From a virus, in IMG/VR virus record IMGVR_UViG_3300032253_000017, positions 1 to 36,782 of that record: DNA of 36,782 nucleotides; one strand, given 5' to 3'. Below are positions 1 to 6,112 of the stretch, piece after piece. The notes under the pieces are model-generated. The model was given only the letters and a program-made list of their open reading frames with translations, did not search any database and had not been told where the DNA came from. Position 1 is the first letter of the stretch. Each line of letters begins with the position of its first letter. Both the position numbers and the translations under genes were made by a program.

Positions 1-127
1 GCCATAGCCATAGCCATAGCCAGAGCCATCGCCAGAGCCATCGCCAGAGCCATAGCCATAGCCTTTTTTATCTTTATCTGTGATTACTCTTTCCATTCTT
101 TAGCACTCTCAATAAGAGACTTAGCCT
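1..127. repeat. Terminal overlap: bases 1-127 are identical to 36656-36782 (circular closure; unique length 36,655 bp)
   Basis: Base-by-base comparison of the two ends. The overlap starts inside the GCCAKM hexamer array and ends inside the 121-aa gene. Bases 1-96 (-) duplicate the 5' part of the Gly-X ORF annotated at 36557-36751. Confidence 0.95.
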
Positions 128-449
128 TGTCAGTACAAGGTATAATCTCTATCGCCTCAAGTAATGTTATTTCTGATATTGCAGCAGGGAACTTACACGC
201 ATCAATATTTGACGTACCAACACCAGCAAGCTGAGATAATGATGCAGCGCCTTTCCAATACCATAAGCGCCTAGTATTTGTTAGTACAACCTCTTTACCG
301 TCGCGTGATTTTAAATAGCCAGCATGAACACCAGCGCTATAAGTTCTCACTACAACATAGTCTCCTGATGGCTTCTCTATCTCACTAACGTCAGACTTTT
401 TAATATATTTTTCACCGTTTATTTCAATTTCAGTAATATTTGTTTTCAT
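84..449 (-). CDS. Hypothetical phage protein, 121 aa; first gene of a leftward early unit
   Basis: ATG ORF with a purine-rich leader (CAACAAAAGAGAGTAAAA-ATG). Its stop overlaps the ATG of the Gly-X repeat ORF (ATGGAAAGAGTAA). No catalytic motif recognised. Confidence 0.7.
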   Translation of the reverse strand: MKTNITEIEINGEKYIKKSDVSEIEKPSGDYVVVRTYSAGVHAGYLKSRDGKEVVLTNTRRLWYWKGAASLSQLAGVGTSNIDACKFPAAISEITLLEAIEIIPCTDKAKSLIESAKEWKE

Positions 450-506
450 TTTTACTCTCTTTTGTTGGTTTACCGTTTAAGTTGAAATAATAATTACACA
501 AAAAAC

Positions 507-533
507 TTTACACGTCAATATAATTATTATAAT
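507..533 (+). promoter_or_regulatory. Candidate sigma70-like promoter for the rightward arm (TTTACA-N15-TATAAT)
   Basis: Hexamers read in the 117-nt divergent intergenic region 450-566. The 15-nt spacer is shorter than optimal. Confidence 0.25.
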
Positions 534-566
534 ATTTGCAATAGATATTAAAACAACAGGTTAACA

Positions 567-986
567 ATGATTATGAAGAAAACACAAAAACCGTTAAGCT
601 TTAGTCTTTGCGCTGAAAACATAGCTTATGTTGAGCAAGAGTTTAAGGCTAGGCATAGAAATAAGAGTCACTGGATGGATGATTTATTAACTCATTTAAG
701 AAGCAAGAAAGCTCCAGTCAGTAAAGTGCCGCGCTCAAAAGCCAAGACGTACCCTAAAAACATGGATGATAGATTTTCTATGCTATGGGATATAAAAGGC
801 AAGAAAGGCTCTAAAAAGAACGCATACGCTAAATTTAAACTATTAGCTGCTGGCTCTACCGAAGATGGTTGCGAGGATTTTACTCAAATGCTTATAGATG
901 ACATATTGAAACGCCAACATGAGATAGGTGTTAAAGAGCAGCACTTGGTAACTTATCTTAATCAAGAAAATTGGGATCGCGAATAA
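567..986 (+). CDS. Early protein with a ribbon-helix-helix-like N-terminus; possible regulatory or replication-associated role
   Basis: 139-aa ORF. The N-terminal strand-helix-helix pattern is LSFSL..ENIAYVEQEF..SHWMDDLLTHL. The C-terminus FSMLWDIKGKKGSKKNAYAKF...TYLNQENWDRE resembles, from memory, a widespread phage family ending WLNQxRW(E/D). Confidence 0.5.
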   Translation: MIMKKTQKPLSFSLCAENIAYVEQEFKARHRNKSHWMDDLLTHLRSKKAPVSKVPRSKAKTYPKNMDDRFSMLWDIKGKKGSKKNAYAKFKLLAAGSTEDGCEDFTQMLIDDILKRQHEIGVKEQHLVTYLNQENWDRE

Positions 987-1411
987 TGGCTAAAAACATG
1001 AATGAGCTTGTTGCTGGTGTAAAGACTGGTAAAGGTCGAAGTGATAAAGCAAAGGATTACGCTGCGGCTAGTGAGTGGCCTAAATGCTCACACTCTGGCT
1101 GTCCGTTACCAACTACGATTAAAGCTGAAACTGTAACTTGTGGCTATCATTACAGAGAGCATGGATTTAATGCTACTTGCATCACAGAAGCTGTTAAAGA
1201 GTTTCAGCCGTATCTTAAAAAGTATGGTGAGATGATTTACTGGAATGTCAGGCAGTGGAAGGAAAAGCGTAATCAAATGATGGGATGGCCAGTACTTCCA
1301 GCAACAGAAAAAGAAATGGATTACCCGAACAGTTATTTATCTAGGTTTAAAGATTGGATAGATAGCAGCATTAGAGAAAGAGCAGAAGAAATTTACAAAG
1401 GACATAAATAA
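986..1411 (+). CDS. Hypothetical Cys/His-rich protein (141 aa from ATG 986)
   Basis: The track ORF starts at TTG 971. ATG 986 forms a TAATG overlap with the upstream stop. Contains CSHSGCPLP...CGYHYREH. Confidence 0.6.
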   Translation: MAKNMNELVAGVKTGKGRSDKAKDYAAASEWPKCSHSGCPLPTTIKAETVTCGYHYREHGFNATCITEAVKEFQPYLKKYGEMIYWNVRQWKEKRNQMMGWPVLPATEKEMDYPNSYLSRFKDWIDSSIRERAEEIYKGHK

Positions 1412-1659
1412 TGCACTATGACAATGAAAGAGAAGAAGAGGTAACCATTGACAATGGTTTTTACGTATATCAACCAAGGGATAATATAGACTTTCTTGGC
1501 CACTTTGAACCGCTATCATTACCACAAATAATACAGGTTATTGAAGGTGAGGTGTGGCTTACTGGTGTAAGTATCACCTTCCAACTATTTGAGGTTTTTA
1601 TTTGTGGAGCTATTGGAAATATGGTTTTAACAGAAGATGGAGTCGAGTGTAATGCATAA
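1411..1659 (+). CDS. Hypothetical protein, 82 aa
   Basis: ATG in a TAATG overlap with the upstream gene, in the same operon orientation. Confidence 0.5.
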   Translation: MHYDNEREEEVTIDNGFYVYQPRDNIDFLGHFEPLSLPQIIQVIEGEVWLTGVSITFQLFEVFICGAIGNMVLTEDGVECNA

Positions 1660-1855
1660 ACAATTAAACGTACACCAAAAACCACGCGGATTAAAAGAGT
1701 GGACACTAGAGCAGAAAAAAGAACTGTTTAGCTACCACAATAAAGGGTATGACTTTAAAGAAGTCGCTGAAATGATGGGTGTAAGCCCAGCAACAAGAGT
1801 TAGGAATAAAGCAAATAGTATGCACATAAGCTTAGTTAAAGGAGTTGTAAAATGA
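1637..1855 (+). CDS. Small helix-turn-helix DNA-binding protein
   Basis: The 72-aa ORF contains YDFKEVAEMMGVSPATRVRNKANSM, which reads as an HTH. The alternative start is ATG 1652. Confidence 0.55.
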   Translation: MESSVMHKQLNVHQKPRGLKEWTLEQKKELFSYHNKGYDFKEVAEMMGVSPATRVRNKANSMHISLVKGVVK

Positions 1856-2190
1856 TAACTCTTGAAAGCTTAAAGGTGATGCAATCAAAGCCAAAATGCT
1901 TAATTAAAAGAAATAAAATTAAGAAGCCGGGCGAGAGAAAAGAGTATCGCATCCCGAAAGAATCAACCATAAGCAAGGTTGAAGATGCGTTAAAAGACGG
2001 TGAAATACTAACCAGAGCCGCTTTAGTTGTTGCGACTGATTTAAGTAAGGACACAGTTAAGAAAGTAACCGATTGGATGTATAAAAATAAACTAATACTC
2101 AAACATCATATTGCTAATGTTGGTGTGTCTCGAGTTTATGAATATAGATTACGAACTGCTGGCGATGTTGCTATAGGGAAGTGGAAATGA
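1852..2190 (+). CDS. Hypothetical protein, possibly a winged-helix DNA binder
   Basis: 112-aa ORF with an ATGA overlap to the upstream gene. The segment ILTRAALVVATDLSKDTVKKVTDWMYKNKLI looks wHTH-like. Confidence 0.5.
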   Translation: MITLESLKVMQSKPKCLIKRNKIKKPGERKEYRIPKESTISKVEDALKDGEILTRAALVVATDLSKDTVKKVTDWMYKNKLILKHHIANVGVSRVYEYRLRTAGDVAIGKWK

Positions 2191-2285
2191 AAAGAAAATT
2201 TGATGGCGTTAAGGAGCGCAGAAAGGAGTTTACTTGTTGGTTAGTGGCTTCGATTTTAATTATAATTTTTATGGTGCTGATATGA
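2187..2285 (+). CDS. 32-aa single-TM peptide
   Basis: Translated by hand as MKRKFDGVKERRKEFTCWLVASILIIIFMVLI. ATGA overlaps on both sides. Below the 60-aa cutoff of the ORF track. Confidence 0.45.
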   Translation: MKRKFDGVKERRKEFTCWLVASILIIIFMVLI

Positions 2286-2383
2286 AAGAGCGTAATTTTA
2301 CAATTTGTATTATATTGTTTTTAATTTCTATTATTATTGCCGCTGTTATTGGTGACTGTTTAACAAGTATATTCTGGAGTTGA
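2282..2383 (+). CDS. 33-aa single-TM peptide
   Basis: Translated by hand as MKERNFTICIILFLISIIIAAVIGDCLTSIFWS. ATGA overlap with the preceding peptide ORF. Confidence 0.45.
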   Translation: MKERNFTICIILFLISIIIAAVIGDCLTSIFWS

Positions 2384-2571
2384 TTTTGAATAAAGAAGAT
2401 GAGGAAATGTTAAATTATTATGGCGACCAACTAACGACAATAAGAGAAAGAAATAAACGCTTAGAGCATGATGTCAAATTATTGACTAGTTACAATAAAA
2501 GCTCTAGGCGTGAAAACGGATTCTTATTGTGCTTAGTTATTTCTATGTCTCTATGGATTGCGACATCATGA
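2380..2571 (+). CDS. 63-aa protein with a coiled-coil segment and a C-terminal TM segment
   Basis: TTG start at 2380, with ATG 2407 as the alternative. The stop overlaps the next ATG (ATGA). The C-terminus is FLLCLVISMSLWIATS. Confidence 0.45.
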   Translation: MILNKEDEEMLNYYGDQLTTIRERNKRLEHDVKLLTSYNKSSRRENGFLLCLVISMSLWIATS

Positions 2572-3005
2572 AAGTTAATTTAATAGTTACATCAAATAAG
2601 GCGCTATGGCCTACCGATGATTTAGAGAAAGAAAAGCTATCTAAATTGAAGGTAGGTGAATTCTACACTTGTGACATTAAGCTGAATCAAAACTACAGGT
2701 TGCACTCTAAAATATTCGGGTTCTTTAAGTTTTGCACTCAATATTATTATGGTGATTCTGAACCAAGCAAACAGCAAATTGATTATGTTAGGCGTAAGCT
2801 TACAGTTATATCTGGCTATTACACGCAAGTCTTTAGTCGTGATGGTGATTCGTTTGAGCTTGTAGCTGACTCAATTAGTTATGAGAATATGCCTCCAGAA
2901 GAAAGAGGTATTTATTACAAGAAGATAACACAGTCTGCACTTGATAGGGTTTTTGATAGAGCAACAGATACTAATGTGATTAATCAAGTAATTGCTTGGT
3001 TTTGA
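2568..3005 (+). CDS. Conserved phage protein, tentatively DUF1367-like (nin-region type)
   Basis: 145 aa from ATG 2568. LSKLKVGEFYTCDIKLNQNYRLHSKIFGFFKFC resembles DUF1367 as I recall it. Not verified. Confidence 0.4.
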   Translation: MKVNLIVTSNKALWPTDDLEKEKLSKLKVGEFYTCDIKLNQNYRLHSKIFGFFKFCTQYYYGDSEPSKQQIDYVRRKLTVISGYYTQVFSRDGDSFELVADSISYENMPPEERGIYYKKITQSALDRVFDRATDTNVINQVIAWF

Positions 3006-3151
3006 TTATTTAATAAATAATACTTGATTTTAATTATATTAACGTCTAGTATTATTCATAACGAACTAGAGCAGAGTTTATATAGGTCGTTTTGATATAA
3101 CTTATTGATTTTACTAAGTGTACTTAAACGGAAAAGTAGGAGTGGATAATC

Positions 3152-3340
3152 ATGATTATTTGGCTGAAAACAAAATACTATCAGTGGAGGTTTAGATTCA
3201 TTGATGAAGACATATGCTGTTGCGGAGGTAAAATAACTGGTACATGGTGCGGCTCTCTTTATGGGTGTCGTAGCGCAAAAGAATATGCAGTTACCAAAGC
3301 CGTTGAAGGTGACAAGAATTTTATCAGTCTATCAAAGTAG
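3152..3340 (+). CDS. Hypothetical Cys-rich protein, 62 aa
   Basis: ATG ORF preceded by AAAGTAGGAG. Ends in AAG TAG within the junction motif. Confidence 0.55.
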   Translation: MIIWLKTKYYQWRFRFIDEDICCCGGKITGTWCGSLYGCRSAKEYAVTKAVEGDKNFISLSK

Positions 3341-3354
3341 ACGGAGAGATAACG

Positions 3355-3537
3355 ATGACAGGAAAAATGACACCATCGGCATTCAATAAAGTAGTAGAGC
3401 AAGATATTGAATGGCTAGAGAACATGGTTAGTGAATCGGACAAAGATGGCTCTCTAGAATTTGACCATATTGTAAACACGCTTCGTTATGCCGCCAAACA
3501 ATACAGCGACAATAAAAAACGAATAGACGATTTATAA
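3355..3537 (+). CDS. Hypothetical protein, 60 aa
   Basis: ATG preceded by AAAGTAGACGGAGAGATAACG. Confidence 0.55.
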   Translation: MTGKMTPSAFNKVVEQDIEWLENMVSESDKDGSLEFDHIVNTLRYAAKQYSDNKKRIDDL

Positions 3538-3565
3538 TTTATTTTAAAGTAGAAAAGGAATAACG

Positions 3566-3709
3566 ATGCAAAGAAGTGAAAGTTATTGGAAAGGCTATTC
3601 TGATGGGCAGGCGAAAAACGATAAAGCCAGCGCTGACAGAGAATACGTTGAGGGCTACAAGCTTGGGGTTTACGACAAAAGCCACGGGTTTGATTGTCGA
3701 TATGACTAA
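3566..3709 (+). CDS. Hypothetical protein, 47 aa
   Basis: Hand translation MQRSESYWKGYSDGQAKNDKASADREYVEGYKLGVYDKSHGFDCRYD. Preceded by AAAGTAGAAAAGGAATAACG. Confidence 0.45.
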   Translation: MQRSESYWKGYSDGQAKNDKASADREYVEGYKLGVYDKSHGFDCRYD

Positions 3710-3716
3710 TCTATTT

Positions 3717-3738
3717 AAGTAGACCTACGGGTTTACTT
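3717..3738 (+). promoter_or_regulatory. 9-bp hairpin with a TACG tetraloop (AAGTAGACC/GGTTTACTT, one G-T pair) just after the 47-aa ORF
   Basis: Paired by hand. The 5' arm is the junction-motif variant. No T-run follows, so it is not a canonical terminator. Confidence 0.5.
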
Positions 3739-3774
3739 CACACAGTTAAACTTAAATAGAAAAAGGAAAGTAAA

Positions 3775-4221
3775 ATGAAATTCACAGCACAAGAGTTAAC
3801 AGAGTGGGATGGTCACCAAGACGCAGGTACTAGCGGTTGGATACCTGCTCGACCTGACGGTTGGAAAATTGAGGGGTTACTTAACCGTATTCACAATGCC
3901 TGGAAAGTAATTACTGGTGATTATGATGTAGTTGATTGGTATTCGTTCAGAAGAACAGAAACGAGCACGATATCAGTTGTCGTACCAAGCCAGCTACACA
4001 GGGACACTGTAAACCTCGTTTGGCAATTTTCCTCTGCAATGGCTAAGAAGTTAAGAAAGTCTGAATTAAAATATGGCTATGATAATAGATGGAAAGATAA
4101 TGACTGGGCTGATGAATGCAGAAAGCAGTTACAGCAGCATATTGATAAAGGCGACCCGTTAGACGTAGCTAATTACTGTGCTTTTCTTTGGTATATGAAA
4201 GAGTCAACTAGCGAGGATTAG
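3775..4221 (+). CDS. Hypothetical protein, 148 aa; the C-terminal half is possibly a MazG-like all-alpha NTP pyrophosphohydrolase fold (tentative)
   Basis: FSSAMAKKLRKSELKYGYDNRWKD...HIDKGDPLDVANYCAFLWYM resembles phage dATP/dGTP pyrophosphohydrolase-like domains from memory. Confidence 0.3.
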   Translation: MKFTAQELTEWDGHQDAGTSGWIPARPDGWKIEGLLNRIHNAWKVITGDYDVVDWYSFRRTETSTISVVVPSQLHRDTVNLVWQFSSAMAKKLRKSELKYGYDNRWKDNDWADECRKQLQQHIDKGDPLDVANYCAFLWYMKESTSED

Positions 4222-4223
4222 TT

Positions 4224-4394
4224 ATGTCTTATATAGTAATTGTTAACTGCAAACAGCCTGAGTCAGCTGAGATTTTCACTCTGTATGATGATGTTACAAA
4301 CGATGTTTATTTTGATTTAGAAAGCGCTCAATCTTTAGCTGAACAACTAAACGAGTGTAATGGTAAGGGTTACGCACGAATAGTAACTCTATAA
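4224..4394 (+). CDS. Hypothetical protein, 56 aa
   Basis: Hand translation MSYIVIVNCKQPESAEIFTLYDDVTNDVYFDLESAQSLAEQLNECNGKGYARIVTL. The stop runs into the AAAGCAG variant. Confidence 0.45.
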   Translation: MSYIVIVNCKQPESAEIFTLYDDVTNDVYFDLESAQSLAEQLNECNGKGYARIVTL

Positions 4395-4413
4395 AAGCAG
4401 ACGGAGAAAGATT

Positions 4414-4662
4414 ATGAGCAAAAAGAAAATAGAAAAACTCCTAAAAGAAAAAGGTATAGAGGCTGAATCCATTGAGTATCAGCGTGGTTGTCCTGTACCC
4501 GAAGGTTATGCAAGTGGTTGGGATTTGAGTTTTACCGAAAGAACCGAAGATGATGTTTGGTGCGCTGACAGAGAATGTAATTTTGAAATGTTTATGGAGT
4601 TCGGCAGCTTAAAAGAAGTCACTGGCTGGATAGAAACATTACCAACAATTACACAAAAGTAG
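4414..4662 (+). CDS. Hypothetical protein, 82 aa (ends ...ITQK*)
   Basis: ATG preceded by AAAGCAGACGGAGAAAGATT. The last 14 nt, TTACACAAAAGTAG, are identical to the end of ORF 5167-5355. Confidence 0.55.
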   Translation: MSKKKIEKLLKEKGIEAESIEYQRGCPVPEGYASGWDLSFTERTEDDVWCADRECNFEMFMEFGSLKEVTGWIETLPTITQK

Positions 4663-4672
4663 GATTTGAATT

Positions 4673-4846
4673 ATGAGACTAGAAGATTTTAAGAAAAATT
4701 TAAATGAAGCAGGGTGGGATGCAGTTAGTGATGGACAACATCATGGTGTTGAGGATTTACACAAAAAGATATTTCCGTTGGTGGCAGAGCTTGAAAAAGA
4801 AAACTTCGAGCTTTACTGTCAAATCCCTGATGATGAATGCATTTAA
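4673..4846 (+). CDS. Hypothetical protein, 57 aa
   Basis: Hand translation MRLEDFKKNLNEAGWDAVSDGQHHGVEDLHKKIFPLVAELEKENFELYCQIPDDECI. Preceded by AAAGTAGGATTTGAATT. Confidence 0.45.
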   Translation: MRLEDFKKNLNEAGWDAVSDGQHHGVEDLHKKIFPLVAELEKENFELYCQIPDDECI

Positions 4847-4854
4847 AAGTAGGA

Positions 4855-5025
4855 ATGAACAATATGACTGAATTAAATGTTTCACATGCAGGTGAGTCGC
4901 AAGGTGATTTAATGACTCATTCGTCTGTACAATCTTGGTGCGTTGACATCAACAAGGACTTAGTCAAAAGTGATACTATCGAACATGTGGAGGTGAGTAA
5001 TGAACAAAGCATTCCAAAGGAATAG
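4855..5025 (+). CDS. Hypothetical protein, about 56 aa
   Basis: The track ORF starts at 4837. ATG 4855 or 4864 fits the AAAGTAGGA-ATG junction pattern better. Confidence 0.4.
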   Translation: MNNMTELNVSHAGESQGDLMTHSSVQSWCVDINKDLVKSDTIEHVEVSNEQSIPKE

Positions 5026-5070
5026 GTTTTGGTTTTTTATTAGAAGAGTAGAACGCAAACAAATTACGCA

Positions 5071-5149
5071 AAAGTAGGGTTTTGGTGAGTCGGTTGTCAT
5101 AGGGCAAATAGAGTAAGACCCTTTAAGAAGGCTTCCGACTCACCACTTT
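5071..5149 (+). promoter_or_regulatory. 79-nt bipartite hairpin in a 141-nt intergenic gap
   Basis: The outer stem is AAAGT (5071-5075) with ACTTT (5145-5149). An 8-nt bulge follows. The inner stem is a perfect 10 bp, GGTGAGTCGG (5084-5093) with CCGACTCACC (5135-5144), around a 41-nt loop holding a 4-bp AGGG/CCCT stem. Confidence 0.6.
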
Positions 5150-5166
5150 CTTTAAAGTAGGCTGAT

Positions 5167-5355
5167 ATGAAAAAGAATATTGCAATATTAGGTATTGGTC
5201 TAACTGCGAGTTCAAGGATGGTAGAAGCTATTGAGGCTTTGCCTCCTGTTCGTGAACTTGGTTATGACAGTAAAGCCGAAGCCAAGAAGAAAAAGAAACG
5301 TTTACGTGAATTAGCTCGTAGAAAGAAACGGTTAGACAAACTTACACAAAAGTAG
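5167..5355 (+). CDS. Hypothetical protein, 62 aa, with a highly basic C-terminus (ends ...LTQK*)
   Basis: ATG preceded by AAAGTAGGCTGAT. Contains KKKKKRLRELARRKKRLDK. Confidence 0.55.
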   Translation: MKKNIAILGIGLTASSRMVEAIEALPPVRELGYDSKAEAKKKKKRLRELARRKKRLDKLTQK

Positions 5356-5363
5356 AGGTGAGT

Positions 5364-5924
5364 ATGCAAGTTGGATATGTAAGGGTAAGCTCTATAGACC
5401 AAAACCTAGATCGTCAATTAGATGGTATTGAGTTAGATAAGGTTTACGAGGAAAAGCTAAGTGGTAAAAGCCGAGAAAGGCCAAAGCTAAAAGAGTGTAT
5501 AGATTATCTGCGCGAAGGTGATACTCTGCACATTCATAGTATGGATAGATTATCAAGGTCATTAAAGGACTTGTTAAACATAGTTCATGAGTTAACCGAT
5601 AAAAATGTAATGGTTAAATTTCACGCTGAGAATATGGAGTTTGCAGGTAAAGATAACCCAATGAGTTATCTAATGCTTGGTATATTTGGATCTATACATC
5701 AATTTGAAATAGCAAACTTAAAGTTACGACAAGCCGAAGGTATAGCAAAAGCGAAAGCTAGAGGGCAGCAGTTCGGTCGTCGTAGCTTAAAAAAAAGGCT
5801 GGTAGAAGAACTTAAAGAAAGAAGATCAAAAGGCGAATCAGTAATTAAAATAGCAGCATCAATGAACATAGGTACATCGACCTGCTACAAATATTTGGAT
5901 GGAAAGCATGATAAAAGCATCTAG
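5364..5924 (+). CDS. Small serine recombinase, resolvase/invertase family (186 aa)
   Basis: The N-terminal catalytic motif is GYVRVSSIDQNLDRQ, followed by DRLSRS. The C-terminal HTH, QFGRRSLKKRLVEELKERRSKGESVIKIAASMNIGTSTCYKYL, aligns by eye with gamma-delta/Tn3 resolvase. ATG 5364 is preferred over GTG 5358. Confidence 0.9.
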   Translation: MQVGYVRVSSIDQNLDRQLDGIELDKVYEEKLSGKSRERPKLKECIDYLREGDTLHIHSMDRLSRSLKDLLNIVHELTDKNVMVKFHAENMEFAGKDNPMSYLMLGIFGSIHQFEIANLKLRQAEGIAKAKARGQQFGRRSLKKRLVEELKERRSKGESVIKIAASMNIGTSTCYKYLDGKHDKSI

Positions 5925-5943
5925 CAACAAAGTTAAATAATGC

Positions 5944-5977
5944 GCTCACTGTAAAGATAATATTTATAGTGGTGAGC
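5944..5977. repeat. 34-bp palindromic site GCTCAC-N22(AT-rich)-GTGAGC immediately downstream of the recombinase gene
   Basis: Arms at 5944-5949 and 5972-5977. Size and AT-rich centre resemble a serine-recombinase dimer-binding site. It could equally be a plain stem-loop. Confidence 0.35.
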
Positions 5978-6112
5978 TTCGCAACAATAGAAATAACGGT
6001 TCTAGTATTCATTTAAGGTGTAGTGTAGTAAATTTACACTCAATGTCTGTTAAGTGGGTGAGTTCAATTGCAAAAAATATTAACTGTAATCACTAATCTG
6101 GATAACTTAAAG

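Larger units (their letters stand above)
3133..5355 (+). repeat. Dispersed junction motif AAAGTAG (8 exact copies plus 3 variants) at gene boundaries of the small-ORF array
   Basis: Exact copies at 3133, 3334, 3546, 4656, 4846, 5071, 5154 and 5349. Variants are AAGTAG at 3717, AAATAG at 3754 and AAAGCAG at 4394. Most lie 2-14 nt upstream of the next ATG, and several contain the TAG stop of the preceding ORF. Confidence 0.85.

Noticed and set aside
1-127. Biological direct terminal repeat or duplicated gene fragment at the window start
   Set aside because: An exact 127-nt identity at both contig ends is more simply explained as assembler circular overlap. The partial ORFs at 1-96 are the same locus as 36656-36751.
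1337-2102. Minus-strand ORFs 1337-1525, 1470-1706 and 1836-2102 inside the rightward arm
   Set aside because: They are fully overlapped by better-supported + genes with coupled starts. The sequences are hydrophobic and low-complexity, as is typical of antisense frames in AT-rich DNA.
5084-5144. tRNA or tRNA-like gene at the 10-bp stem element
   Set aside because: It is only 61 nt long, has no T-loop or anticodon-arm geometry, and the stem is 10 bp.
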